This document shows positions 14,191 through 28,955 of a stretch of DNA of 64,000 bases, piece after piece. Within the stretch, counting starts at the first letter, position 1. Each line of letters starts with the position of its first letter. Source of the DNA: Octopus vulgaris (Eukaryota); NCBI GenBank assembly GCA_951406725.2, contig OX597814.1:36828001-36892000 (forward strand). Reading direction: 5' to 3'. The translations under genes were made by a program, and so were the position numbers. Below the pieces are notes generated by a model, which saw only the letters and a program-made list of their open reading frames with translations, was not told where the DNA came from and did no database searches.

Positions 14191-14801
14191 GTATAGGTGA
14201 TGGACACACATGTGGTAGAGATTTATTATATCTACGAATATAATCATCTTTTTCCTCGTTTTGCCACTCTGGTGTATTTGATATATGATTAAATTGTTTT
14301 ATTGATGCTAGCATAATTGTTTCTCCATAAATATATTCTGAACGCAGATATATGTATTATGTACATGTGGAACTAATTTAGGAAGTATATTCCAAAGTTG
14401 CTCACATATATATGCATACACACAGACACAATTAAATTTATTTATTTAAAGATTGATGACAGGAATCGTAAGCAGTATAGATATTCGCCATTCATTTGCG
14501 TTCAAACTGTCTACGACCGTTCGTTATATTTGATGAATGCAAATGTCTTCCGAGAGCAGTTACAGCTTTGGAAGAAATTAGGTATTTAGATTAAAGTAAA
14601 GTCACTGCTGGTGTTAAAACAAGATATTCGACTAAAATATGCTGACATGCAAAATGAAATATAGAGAGTATATGTGTAATACTTATATGCAGATATAAAG
14701 ATACACAAACATTTCCATATACACACGTACTCACTTTATTTAAATAAATAAATATATATAAGTTTATGTGTGTATGTAACTGTGTTCGGTATCACAGAAT
14801 A

Positions 14802-14845
<44 letters not shown>

Positions 14846-15172
14846 CTCTTCAGAAATGCCTGCAAAGCTGCACCAGGTTATGCTTATTATCGTGCAGCTC
14901 CAAAGGATAAAGTTAACAATACTTAATCAGTAATTTAAAGATATTCAAAGATTACGTATTTACCTGTGGAACAATCCTAATTTTACAAAAGTAACTATAT
15001 CTGTTATAACTAATTAAATTGCTGTATTCATTATAACTAGAACGATTCCTATAGTGCCGAACTATATATGCGTATACATAGATGCATATACACACACACA
15101 TATATACACACACATATACATACACATACATACAAACACATACACACACATATTTGGATGTGTTTTTATATA

Positions 15173-16429
15173 CGAGGGTGGGTTGAATAGTTCACAGAAT
15201 GACTAAGAAGGAGTGATGTTAGAGCTATGGAATCTTGCATTCATTAATTTTATCACTATTAATCACTGCATTGTTTTTGTTTTCAGGTAAACTGATATGT
15301 GACTGTCCAAAGAAGACGTCAAAAGTAACTAGTAGTGACTTCTCGTGAATGTAGACAAAACTTTGCGTTGTTGTGCTATCAGGTACCTGCAGAAAAGTCT
15401 TTAGCCTCGAAGGACATTCACGCTATGGTTGCTAGATTAAGGTAAGACGCTCCAACAGCTGAAATTTTTGAGTCTTGAAGGTGAATCGTTTTCTGAATGT
15501 CCTGAAATTGCCACTACTGAGGAATATATTGATCGTGTTTACAACATGCTGATGGATGACAGGCGATTGACTATCAATGAAATAGCCAATGCACTTAGTA
15601 TATCCATGGGGAGAGTTGAGAATAGTTTTTACAATGAATTTGACATGACAAATATGTTTGTTCCCTTGGAACCACATATTCTGTCATCTGATCAAATGCA
15701 CTCCAATCTGATCACATCATGGAAAAATCTGACATTGCTTCGGGCAGATCCAGCAAACCCCTTCAAAGTTTCCTAACCCAGGATGAGTGTTTGATTTACC
15801 ATTTTGAGCCAGAGACGCAGATAGAGTCCATGCAGTGCAAACACTTCCTTCTATCCTGCTCGAAAGAAGGCCGAGATCGTTTCACGTACAGGGAAGGTAA
15901 TGAAATATGTTTTTTTTTTGAGATGCAAAAGTCATTGTGAATTTTTGCCATCTTGAAAAGAACGACATCATTAATGGAAAGTACTTTTCCAGCTTGCTAA
16001 GGCAGTTAAGAAAGGCTGCCAAGATGAAACTCACTGGAAAACTGACAAATGGGTTTTGTCCCATGAGGACAGAGTCCCAGCATTTTGAGTTCTTGGTTTC
16101 ATTGGTCGCTGTACGTGACAGTAGCCCTGAACTGGTTGATCATCCTCATTATGCTCCTGTTTTAGCCCTATCCGACTATTTTCAGTTCCCCAACATCAAA
16201 GATCACTTTGCTGGGAATCAGTATTGCACTGATGATAAAGTCGTATGTGCCACTCATGGCGATTTTGACCAAACAGATTGAAACGTTTTCACGAATGGGA
16301 TCCAAACACTGCTACAGTACTGCTACTGCTATATTAAAACGTCTGTGGATAGCATGTGACGTTTTGTGGCATAATAAACCCGAGTTCGACACATTCCATT
16401 ACAGTAACTTGGTCATCGTATCACCCTTC
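15173..16429 (+). mobile_element. mariner-family transposon, degenerate
   Basis: TA-CGAGGGTG start and CACCCTTC-TA end. Motifs DRRLTINEIA, TQDECLIYHFEPET, HPHYAPVLALSDYFQFP across frameshifted ORFs. Confidence 0.9.
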
Positions 16430-16437
16430 TATGTGTT

Positions 16438-16473
<36 letters not shown>

Positions 16474-16529
16474 TGTGTGTGTGTGTATGTATGTATGTAT
16501 ATATATATATATATGTGTGTATGTGAGAG

Positions 16530-16660
16530 AGACTCCCTTCGGTCATGACTGGCCAAGGGATTGTACCTAAAAAGTTACCCTCCCAAGCACAAGTCCGGGC
16601 AAGATTGCTTATCGAAGGCCTGCAGTCGCCCATGCATATTTCCCCCCTCTCCACGTCACC
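16530..16660 (-). mobile_element. SINE 3' part (family B)
   Basis: Reverse-complement match to 12228-12370. Confidence 0.75.
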
Positions 16661-17495
16661 TCCTTCACTTACTACTAGATTTCCTCCTCAATACCTATAG
16701 ACTTTTAGACTACCACCGATACCTACTACTGTATTTAAAATCCTTTCATTTTGCTTTTATCATATTACACTATCTTCCTCTACCCCTCTCATCCTTACTC
16801 TTATCTTCTCGGCTACCCCGTACACAATATTCCTAGACACTATACGCCTATACACCTTACTTTATACTAAAGCCAATAAATTTCCCCCTCGCTCTATCTA
16901 CCTCTCTTTCTATCTATATACTTTGCTTTCCTTTTACCAGTTAATAGGCACCTCCATTACCATTCTGTTATTGAACATTGATATGTTCGCGTTTTTTTCT
17001 CCTGATGTTTACTATATAATGATTTAACCCACATGGATCTACGCAGCATTCCACCTAAGGACTTGTGCTCTTGTTTCTACAACATCAGAAAGTTGAACTT
17101 TGAACTTTTATTATGCTTCTTTCTTCTCTCTCTTCATTTCCATTATTCATTTATTCTCTTCGTCTATGTCGTCATCTGATTAATATATACCATTTTCATT
17201 TTCCCTATTTTTCTCTATCTGTCTCTGGTGACGGAATATCACATCCTCGGGGATATCACACAAAGAGCTGCAAGAGTTTGAATTTTTCCAATAATAATAT
17301 TGTATACGACTTGAGATATTTGCTTTGCCTTAACGTTTGTTCTCCTCTTTAACAATTATATATCCGCTGCATCGGAAATCTGCAATGGCTACATGACGAC
17401 CGTCTCGGATATAACCTTGGCGCCCATGTAATCCGTTGCAGCACTTAGCTAGCGTACCTAATCGTTTAGATCACCTGTGATTTAACCCCCCATAC
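16660..17495 (+). mobile_element. Probable Penelope-like 3' end / pLTR remnant
   Basis: Pyrimidine-rich segment, decayed hammerhead-like CTGGTGA at 17225, terminal 215 bp repeated inverted at 12477. Confidence 0.4.
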
Positions 17496-17514
17496 TGTGT
17501 GTATGTCTTTGTAT

Positions 17515-17516
17515 CA

Positions 17517-17570
<54 letters not shown>

Positions 17571-17571
17571 A

Positions 17572-17611
<40 letters not shown>

Positions 17612-17612
17612 A
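17515..17612. repeat. (ATCT)n microsatellite
   Basis: Direct. Confidence 0.95.
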
Positions 17613-17749
17613 ATATATATACACATATATATAAGCATCATCATATACTTAGAGTAAATGACATCGATAATGTTTATATCATAGAGGTGCATCTAATGCA
17701 AAATCTGAATACATACACACATATACATTATGTATATGTGTGTGTGCGT

Positions 17750-17870
17750 GTGTGTGGCTTGGCTGTGTCGTAAGGAGCGTCCTTCTCAATCACTTTGTTC
17801 CGGGTTCAGACTCACTGCATTGCACCTTGTGAGCGGATTTAGTAGACAGAAACTGAAAGAAGCTGGTCGT
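17750..17870 (+). mobile_element. Internally deleted SINE (family also at 42638-42800)
   Basis: tRNA-like GGCTGTGTCGTAAG...GGGTTCAGACTC head and GTAGACAGAAACTGAAAGAAGC tail. Confidence 0.55.
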
Positions 17871-17980
17871 ATATATATATATATATATGTTTATATATCT
17901 TTCTGCGTGTATGTGCACATAAACATATGTGAATATGTATATGAATATATATATATACATACATACATATATATATATAC

Positions 17981-18051
<71 letters not shown>

Positions 18052-20006
18052 AAGAGAGAGAGAGAAAGAGAGAGAGATAAGTGTACACAAATACATATGT
18101 GTATATGCAATGTGTGTACTTGCGTGTGTAATAGTGAGTTTAAGATGACCATTCATACGAATAGGACTCAGTACATCTGAATGCAATGTTACATAATATA
18201 TTAATATATAAAGCATCCAACACGCATACAAACGTCTGAAAAGCAATAGATGTTGGTCAATAGGTTTTTCATCAGTGACTTCTGATGAGAAATCAATATT
18301 CTAGCATCTTTTGGTTGATTCTGTTTTCTCAAAACCATTATCAATATTATTTCTTTTGAGGAGAAACGGAAGTGTATTAGACTGGTGCGTTACTACTTTT
18401 GTAGTTTTTATCACATAAGAGACAATAGCGACGTCTGTTTGGCAGGTAAAATTAACCAAAACATTGGGATACCTATTTCTTCAGCTGTGTTAAGTAGAAT
18501 AGAATGTGACGTCCAACGACGAGAAAATAGACTTAAATAGACATGAGATAGTAAATTAAATGACTGTTCTATGAAGTTGATTCTTCTATAGGGCAACTTT
18601 ATAATGTTTTGTTTTGAGTAAATATAGAGCGATATTTTGTGATGAAAAATACATTCGTTTGAATTTAACTAGTATATTATTATTACATATTTCATCAACT
18701 TGCTAAGAAACTAAAAGAGACAACTTTAATCTCAGCAGAATGAAACATTTACAACAATTTTGAACTAGATAGTCAAAAAGAATTCAAATTTGTTTTCTGT
18801 TAAGCTAACTGTATTGACAAACATTTGAATCATAAAATCAGAAATGGAATTTTATACATCCATTCAGAATAAGACGAACGTAGGTAATCAGATTTGGTAA
18901 AAGGAATTCAGAATTACTTTAGCCAAAATTTAAGGCAGTTAAGTTGACATGTGGCTTTAGATTGATGCATTTCAAGTACTTCAAAATGAAATCAATGAAA
19001 CGTTTTTTGACTTGGTATTTCAAACGAAACGTGGTACGTAATGTAATGGATGGTTGGGAAGTGGTACATAACAAAAAGGTAAGCTGGTATTATACTAAGA
19101 TGTGACCTGATTTCAAATCCCTATTGTGGATATTACATTTTTCTTCCTTTTAAAATACGTATTTGAAATTATTTTGGGCTTTGGTTCAGATTTGCTACAT
19201 TACAATTTTTCTCCTGGAATGCACACACACAAACGCAATAAACAGCTTATCGCACACCTATACTCAATATTCCGTACACTTAACTATAATCCTTCATTCA
19301 TGTAGATTTACGTAGCAGAACGTAAACATATAATATACATGCATGGAGACAATCACTTCTGCTATACAACTTTTCTCTCGTAGATTGCCTACCTTCAAAA
19401 ACCTATACATATATGTAACACAATTAATAAACCCTCTCCCGTTAACCAATCCAATTAATGCCACATTGAAGAATACTCTAATAGAGCTCCACAGAATTAT
19501 TTTTCTCGATGAAAATTCTCTGCCAAGAATTTGAATGTTTTTTCATTTAGCTCGCAGTTGATATACATTTTGGGCTCGTTTTGTATATAGTTGTGATTAC
19601 TTTTTAACGGATATTTTATAATAGAGAAACAGATCTTCAAACACTTTCGGCTTAACCGAAGAGTAATATATTGGATCTATTACTACTAAAAATATTTTTA
19701 AGGGGGAAAATGAACGAAATGTGTATATATATATTATTGTCTAATATTATTATTAATATCATTGTTCATAAAATGTATTTCCTGTGTTGTAATGAAATAA
19801 TTGTAACTGCAGGGTTAACAATACCATAAATTCTAGTTTTTGCTTTAATATATACATGTCTGTGACTAATATACTTAACCAAGAATTTCATGTTTTATGT
19901 GTTGTATTTCTCGCAAAATGAAAACATCTGCATGCATATAAAAGATTGGCGGTATTCGCAGATGTGCTTCCTGAGGACAGAGCTTCGATTGTGAAACATT
20001 CCCACA

Positions 20007-20046
<40 letters not shown>

Positions 20047-20079
20047 CACATTTGTATAATAAGTATATATATATGTATG

Positions 20080-20119
<40 letters not shown>

Positions 20120-20198
20120 CGCTTATATATGTAAGGTTCCATATACATATTTTTGCGTAGACACATAAATATATAATATATATACACACACACACAAC

Positions 20199-20238
<40 letters not shown>

Positions 20239-20249
20239 ATATGAAGGTA

Positions 20250-20562
20250 AAGAACCCCTTTGGTCATGAATAAGCATGGGATTGCACCTAGTATGTTTCC
20301 AACCGAGGCACAAGTCTGAGCAATGTTGATTGTGGATGACCAAAAGTCGCCCGCGCATACCATACTCCGATGTTCTCTAAGGGAATGGCAAACCCGATAC
20401 AGCTTTGCACCTGTGACGTCTCAACTCATGCTTGCAGATGCCTGAACTGGTGTAACGTGAAATAAAAAGTCTTTCTCAAGAATACAACGCATAGCCCAAT
20501 GGAATTCACCACCTTATGAATGGGAGTCCGACGCTCCAACTCTGAGTCATGCGCCTTCACAT
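20250..20562 (-). mobile_element. SINE (family B) with decayed tRNA-like head
   Basis: 3' part matches 12183-12370. Reverse complement begins GAAGGCGCATGACTCAGAGTTGGAGCGTCGG. Confidence 0.7.
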
Positions 20563-20575
20563 ATGTGTTTGAGTT

Positions 20576-20634
<59 letters not shown>

Positions 20635-21719
20635 CTTTTCATACCGTTGGCTAGCCTGCATAATAAAAGCCAATAGACTACATATTTTTATATACAATCT
20701 GTATGGTATTTATACAAAAAAGAAATGACCCTTTACAGGACGCCTTACATGATAGGGAGAGCAACCGAATCTAAAAGTAATTCCAAATATAATGAAAACA
20801 TCAATTATTGACAGTTAATCCCAAACTCGAGTTTCTGTTTTAATGAACAAATTAATTTATCATCTGTACTTCATCAGTGGCATCGCCTAAAATAATATAT
20901 AATCATGCAGTAAATACGCACCGATATTCCACGTGTACTGCATACTTACACGTAATGACTAAGAACTCCAGTCGCAGATATTTATCTCAAGCTAATGCAA
21001 TAACAATTGTTCTCATTAGTTTAATTGACATTATTGTGCACATAACCTGATCCAAACATGAATTAAACATTTTTTAGTATAACTCTTAGGATATTGAACA
21101 TTATATGAGAATTGAAAGCAACAGACATATTTGAACATACCATTCAGTTTGTAAATAACATATATAGCAGAATATTATCGAACCAAGCATTCACATTCTA
21201 TTTGTCCATTTAGAACTGATACAATGTCTTGTAGAGACACTATTCCAATGAAATTTTCTACATTTTTTTTTCCTTTCCTAAATGATTTATTGATTCGAAA
21301 AGTTGAAGACCAAAATATTGACGTCTGTCACAGAAAATGGCAGCATAAACATTCATGTAATAAGTTTGTGTCACGTACATTGAATGGACAAATATAAACA
21401 CTGTGACATTCGTTGTCCATTCTCAAATCACGGCTGCCCTAACTGTAAAATTAAATTGAAGAAGAATGTACAAAATTTCTTGTCAGTTATCAAAATCCTC
21501 ATCATCAACAACAGAGCTTTAATTAACATCATCATTATCATCATTATTTAATTATTATTTCCTCATGTTTCTTAAATTCCGTGCACCTACATCAATATTA
21601 TGCTTATTGCAATCAACAGGATAATCCACATAACCATTTTAGTCAGCAGAGTCAGTCAGTATTATCATCTTCATCCGCGGCAACAACATTGAGCAAGATA
21701 TCATCATTATCGCTATTGC

Positions 21720-21925
21720 CAAGACACCGCGCTTGCAAAATAGTACGCCTGAGAAAATGTTAGCAGCATTTCGTCCGCCTTTACGTTTCACTTTCAAATT
21801 CCGCCGAGGTCGACTTTGCCTTTCATCATTCCGGGATCGATAACATAAGTACCAGCTCGATGTCATAGATTATTACACTCCCCTAAAACCCTGGGCTTAT
21901 TCCGATAGTCGAAAGGATTAAAACT
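21720..21925 (+). mobile_element. SINE family A (tail type 2), degenerate
   Basis: TTCAAATTCCGCCGAGGTCGACTTTGCCTTTCATC core. Confidence 0.8.
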
Positions 21926-21980
21926 ATCACAATTAACATGAGGACCGTTAATAAAATCACCGCCAAAATTGTTGGCGCTG

Positions 21981-22130
21981 TCTTCTTCTTCTTCTTCTTC
22001 TTCTTCTTCTTCTTCTTCTTCTTCTTCTTCTTCTTCTTCTTCTTCTTCTTCTTCTTCTTCTTCTTCTTCTTCTCCTTCTTCTTCTTCTTCTTTTTCTTCT
22101 TCTTCTTCTTCTTCTTCTTCTTCTTCTCCT

Positions 22131-22162
<32 letters not shown>

Positions 22163-22320
22163 TCTTCTTCTTCTTCTTCTTCTTCTTCTTCTTCTTCTTC
22201 TTCTTTTCTTCTTCTTTTTCTTCTTCTTCTTCGTCGTCGTCGTCGTCGCCGTCATCATCATCGTCGTCGTCATCATTGTCGCTCTCGGCATTGACTTTGT
22301 CATCATCATCTGTCATTATC
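21981..22320. repeat. (TTC)n ~250 bp grading into (TCG)n/(TCA)n
   Basis: Direct. Confidence 0.95.
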
Positions 22321-24299
22321 ATTGATGTAATTGCCTCGCAGAAGTACTTTGCTTATTAGATAGTAATCCCACAATAAGCATTACACAGCTTGATATTTAT
22401 CAGGGAAAACCAACACTATGAAAGATATAAGCAAATATCACAACTTTCCAAATAACGTCAGTATTTTTTTAACGAATTGTTTTTCTGTGAGGATTTACGT
22501 TGTGGATGAAGACTAAATTTATATTTTATACGGACTGAGATTATTTGTACAGTCTGGTATGATTTGCAGACCATAGATTGAATATTGCCTCAGAGTAAGT
22601 CTCAAGTAACAACAGCTTTTGTCCCTGTTGTAAAAGACTAACGCAAACAGAGGGAGATAGACAGATTACCACATAAATAGATAATTGATTTATTGATGGA
22701 TAGTTTATAAGCAACATATATGAATGGAAGCTACACACGCACGCACGAACACATATACACATGTGCATACATATTTGTGTGTGTGAGGTTGCAATTAAGC
22801 TCGTTATTTATTTCTCTATATATCTATATATATCAATCCATCTTTCGCTCCGTCTATATATTCGTCTAGTTTTTATTATTCAAACAAATAAATATACTCC
22901 TTTCATAAATATGACCTCACGTCACTGGAAGAAATGAACATCATTGTCATCGTCCTCATCACCGTTGTCATCATCATCATCGTCATCATCGTCATCGTCA
23001 TCATCATCACCATCATCGTCATCGCCGTCGACATCATTATTCTCCTCCCACCTCCTCCTCCTCCTCCTCATCCTAATCCCCATCATTCTCCTCCTCATCA
23101 CAAGAGAACGCAAAAAATAGCACGTTAGGTGCATGCCCACTCACAGAGACAGCTACACTTAATTGTATATGCAGAGATACATTGGTATATGTACACATCT
23201 GTTTGTATATATGTATATATTTACGTATAAATACATGTATATATATACATGATTGAGTATATGTATATATGTATATATATATGTGTGTGTGTGTGTACGT
23301 ATGCTATAAATATGTATAAACACCCATTTATTCATTGTATGGAATTTGAGCGAGTAAGACCAAGTTCAAAGGTGTTTTTTTCTTCTAAATATTGACTCGA
23401 GCTGAATTATTTGCTTCTCACTCTTGTGTTCTAGATAAACTAATCTTCCAAGTAACAGAGACATTTCATTCTTAAGGATGGGAAATACTAGAGAGGATTA
23501 CCTTTCATCTTCAATGACAATCTGAGATATCCCCAATGATTAAATCAACAATAACTAGTTAAAATAAGAGAAACATACGATATCTCTAATTAATTCTATC
23601 ACTACAAAGTATTGTTTGCATAGTAGATACTACATAAGATTTTATTTTTAATTTCTAAGTTATAAAGCTACATCTGCTATGTGAAATATAATAGAAAAGA
23701 TAGTATGACAGATTGATGGATAAATAGACAAATTCAAACACAGAAATACATGAATAGTGATGGGATCAATAAATGGACAGAAATGTGTTAAAGAACGTAA
23801 GCCATGATTAATCAGGAAACATCTGTTACCGGAGAGATTGAACGATAAGTATAGTTTGAAAGATTGCAACACAGAGTATTCGCACATAAACAGATACACA
23901 GATATGCAAATGCACACAAAGCCCTCCCACACGCACTTGCATGCATACACAAACAAACCGGAGGAAACGTTCTAAATATATTTAGAATTTATATATTTGT
24001 TTGATACTGATAATTGACATCGTTTCCTCGCAGAATCAGTATACTACGTATGTATGTACGTATTTATATAGGTATGTATGCATGTATGCATGTATGTATG
24101 TATGTATGTATGCATGTATATATGTATGTATGTATGCATGTATGTATATAATTATGCATGCGTACAAGCATGTCTTCTTTAATATTGTGTGTATATAAAC
24201 ATACATATATTGTATACATACATACAGAGACAGAGAGAGAGAGACAGACATACAGACAGACGGACACACACACACACACACACACACATATCTATATAT

Positions 24300-24895
24300 A
24301 TATACTGTTTTCCCTCCTATCGTATTCTCTCTCATCCTTTCTCGAATTCCATTTTACTCCCCTTCACCGTTTTCTGTCTGTCTCTCTCCTACTCTTTCTC
24401 TTTTTCTCTCTCATGTTGCTCACACTTGACCATCGTCCATCTTTCTTTTCCTCATGTGATCATCTTTCTTGCCTTTCATGAATGTCCTAAGGACCGGTCG
24501 TATCCTGTCTCCCTCTTCTGTCTTTTCTGATGTCAAAGAAGATATTTCTCCAGCGTTCGCTATTTTACACTCGTTCTGATCTGAGGACCCTTCATGTTGG
24601 TTTTCGTTCCGTTTACTTGTATGTTTCTACGGTCCTGTTTTTGTTCCCAACTTTGACCCTCAATAAATCCCAAATTATATTTTGGTACTTATGGGAGCAA
24701 CTGTCTTTGAAGACTCATATTATCGTTGAATGCTCGAAATGAAAAGTAAATACACAGCCAACAAATGATGAAGGGTCCTTTCTCTGTGTTAACTTTCCCT
24801 GTTTTCCGTTCGTTTCTCTTGTTGTTTACATATTCAACTAGATTGTTTATGTATAGCATGTTGTTTGCACAGTTGGTGACGTCCTGTAGCCATAT
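24300..24895 (+). mobile_element. Possible Penelope-like 3' end remnant with small inverted repeat
   Basis: Pyrimidine-rich. AGGACCCTTCAT (24584) inverted to ATGAAGGGTCCT (24768). End resembles reverse complement of 46175-46220. Confidence 0.35.
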
Positions 24896-24915
24896 ATGTA
24901 TATATACATACATAC

Positions 24916-24961
<46 letters not shown>

Positions 24962-24964
<3 letters not shown>

Positions 24965-26150
24965 GATTAAAAATTATAAAAAGCCAGAATGCTAAATTGA
25001 AGGTAAATTTTAATAAAAGTGGGTGTATGGGAAATTTTTAAAAAAATGAACTCTAACCGTTTTCATCGCAATGCAAATTTTCAAGAATTGAAACGTGAAA
25101 AGATTTTTTTTTTAATATTGAGGAGGGAAAAAAAGAAATTTACATTGTTTTTTGCAAAATAATGATAATAAACATATACAAAAATTTAAAAAAATTGGTA
25201 TACCGATACATTGTAAAGTCTTTATGTATCTTGAGTTCAATGATAGGAAAAATTACCTTGGGGGATTGAGATCCACGTGATTAAACGTGGTGTTTAATTT
25301 AGTATGTTTGTTAAATGAATGTCAAAACAGGAAATGGGGTAGGAGTTATCCAGTTTCTGTGGGTAAGGGGATACAACTCTGTGGATTTTATGCTCTTCAA
25401 TTGGGATTATCAATTTTTTGTCAGTTAGGATGTAAGAAAAAAGAATGATGATCATGATGGAGCTTGCATATTAAGATGCGTTTTGAATTTTTCAATAAAA
25501 AGATTCTCCTTGTTAATTCTTTCTTGTGTAGTGATTCCGTCATTACATTGGTAGAAGGGGAATATGTAAAATTTAGGATTTTTGTCTTTAGCGCACGAGT
25601 CTATGTGGCTACTTAGTGGAATTTGACGGTATTCTGGGAGATTTATTTGTTCTTTATGGACCGCTACATTTTACGTAAAGGGAGGCTCGTTTGTCCAACA
25701 TAATTATGCTGGCAACCGGTGCATGTGAGAACGTAGATAAAGTTCTTGGAGGATCAGGAGAAGTTGGTCTTGATTTTAAACTTTGTTCCTTGTTTGAAAG
25801 TAAATTCAGAGCTTTCAAGTAGGAAGGGGCAGGTGTCTCAGTTCTGGCGTGCACATTTTTTAACTGATGGGGGTGGATGTGGTGTGTGAAGTTTGGCATT
25901 TGTCAAGAGTTTTTTCAAAGATTTATGTTGTCTTGTACATTTGAGGATTTTATGTGTATTGATAATATTATTCATTTTTGGGACTGCGGGTAAGTGGTGC
26001 TGATAAGCTGCAAACATGGTTGAACATTAATGTTTATCACCCCCAAAGGCGATTGAGGGTGAGATATTTCGCCTGTCCTTAGCTCTAAGGTGTTTTTACA
26101 CGGGTGACATGAGAGTTATATACTCCGCTACGCAATTGCAGCCACCGGAA
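24962..26150 (-). mobile_element. Penelope-like element 3' part (GIY-YIG endonuclease + 3' UTR), degenerate
   Basis: Manual translation gives IYVLTCTGCQHNYVGQT (~25740-25688) and VHKEQINLPEYRQIPLSSHIDSCA...ERINKENLFIEKFKTHLN. Decayed hammerhead-like motif at 25051-25087. Confidence 0.85.
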
Positions 26151-26761
26151 AATACACAAAGCATATACATTAGTATATGTATTTAACAATATTTATTATA
26201 CCAGATCAGCTTTTTCTTTCCACATCACATTCTAGTTTACAAATCATTGATGTTTTTCTTTCCGAGGTCCAGTCCTAACAATTTTTTATTGTAGGTACAT
26301 ACAGTCGACAATCGACTATATCTGGGAGCATCTGTTGAAAGCAATTGCATCGTATTTGAAATCATTATTCATTCTTCGGTCAGTGCTTTCATTGTCTTTC
26401 TCAATGTTACCGTCCTAATGAACTACCACTCGCTATCATTTTACTAACATTAATAGGCTATAGAAAGAGAAATCATGGAATAAGCTCGAAGCCTGGTTTC
26501 ATCGCTGTTATATAGCCTGAGTATATAATTTTATAACACTTCATTTCTCTCCATGTATATCTATACATATGTAATATAATATAATATAATATAATATAAT
26601 ACAAAGTATTCTATATATAAATATACAAGCTTATACATGCATGTATGTATATATGTATATATATATAATTGTTACGTTCCTGTTCCATTTTTTGTGTTCA
26701 TATTTTGTGTTCATATTTTAAGATCAAGGGGAGTGAAAAACACTGGTATGCGTGTTTACGC

Positions 26762-26828
<67 letters not shown>

Positions 26829-27068
26829 TGCAAAATTTATATAAACACGTATGCATATAACTGTCATGCCTATATATATATATATGATAATTATTTTTTG
26901 CATTTTTTAAACCCCAAACAGCCAAAGAATATAAAAACAAAACATGTTGAATCTTTTCACCGGGTATTTGAATGCTTCATGGTAAATACCTCATCCTCGT
27001 GAAGTTTTAGTTATTCATTAAATTATATGAGACAATGATACAGGAAAATTATACACATACACACACAC

Positions 27069-27119
<51 letters not shown>

Positions 27120-27213
27120 TATAGTAATATACATATATATATATCGCTATTCATGTACATATATATAAATATATATTAAATATATATATAATCATGTACA
27201 TATATACATATTA

Positions 27214-27246
<33 letters not shown>

Positions 27247-27272
27247 ATCATGTCATATATATTATATTCATG

Positions 27273-27325
<53 letters not shown>

Positions 27326-28869
27326 ATCGTGTTCGTGTATGCGTGTGTTTATGAGAGTATATTAATGCTACAGTTCTACATGTCGGAAAATCGGAAAACC
27401 CATAACTAGCTTTTTTACCCTTCCTTAGAAACATTACCTAAATTGCAGTTGCTAAAGCATTATTTAATATAGTAGATTATCTGAGAAACTCTGGCTGTAA
27501 TCTATTTCCCCGTTTGAGCAAGAAGCTGTTTCATGCGTCAGAATATTTGTCTAACCTCGGCATTTGCACTGATGCAATTAGAGCGGCTGATACAATGTGT
27601 TTAGCTTATAACACCTTCGAAGATCTGATACTTTTAGTACTTATGTTTTGATTACAAAAATTACATAAAGAAATTTAATATTTATTTACGGAGGAAAATG
27701 TAAAGCTAAAGTTTAATTCCATATTATGAATAAATATGAATTTATATGAATTAATGTGTTCAAAATATACAACCCTAGAGGATTTGACTAATTTTTATTG
27801 CATTTTTTGCATAAACAATACCTATGAATTATTTATAATCACAAAGTTCTTAGGCATAATATATGCATTTTATAGTTTACATGAATTTACGGACATACAT
27901 ACACACTAGAGTGTATGTATGTATGAATTTCTGCAGGAGGTACATACATACATACAGGCAGACATACGTATATATGTCTGTGTGTATTTATGTGTGCATA
28001 TAACAATGTATATGTGTGTGTGTCATTATATGTATGAATATATGTATATATACAGTTACATATAAACATATGTGTATGCATAGCATATCATTCTCCAGCT
28101 GAGTGACCCCTTTAAGCGTTGAATCAATTATTTGAAGAAAAAATATCTATATTGTCTGGAGATGATGGATAAATCAATAGATATCTATGCATTATTTGTT
28201 TGTATTCTTCATTATCATTAAAATATATGGCATACATTATAATTTATTTAATATGTATTTTACGAAATTTTTGCTTACTTTTGTTAGGTTTTAGAAAATA
28301 TGTTAAAAACATTTTTGAACAAAGTCTCATAAATTAAATAAAACTTATTCAAACACATTAAAAAAATATAAGCAGAAAATGTCTTAAGTTTTTGTTAGTG
28401 TATAATACTTCAAAATGGTCTATCACAACAAAGATTATCTAAAAGAATGCAGTTTAATAATGATAAATTGGTATGCACATTAAAATAAAGTCTGCTTTAC
28501 TGATTTTCTTCCTTCTTTTTACCGCTTTTTGAAAGTTTTTATTTTTGTAATTTAGTATTTCTTAGCATTAAATAATTGTTCAGATATTAGGAGCAAAGAC
28601 ATTTGGATAGCAATTGCTTTCAAATTTACAGTTCAGATGTAAAAATGTTGAATGGTGAACTGATTAATCGATTAAAAAAGAAGATTGTACATAATTGTCA
28701 AATTTTGATTGGATAACATTTTAAAAAAGGTTAAAGAATTTAGAGAATATAAAATGAAACATGAATCATGCATAAAATATAAATAAGAGAAGTGTAAAAA
28801 AGTTACGCAAATATAAAATCATTAAAATAACTGTTTATTTTTTAACTTTAAATCAAAAAGCGTTATAGA

Positions 28870-28952
<83 letters not shown>
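28870..28952. repeat. (AAT)n microsatellite
   Basis: Direct. Confidence 0.95.

Positions 28953-28955
<3 letters not shown>

Noticed and set aside
21863-22325. Poly-E/K/R/S/F ORFs
   Set aside because: Translations of a (TTC)n tract, open in several frames
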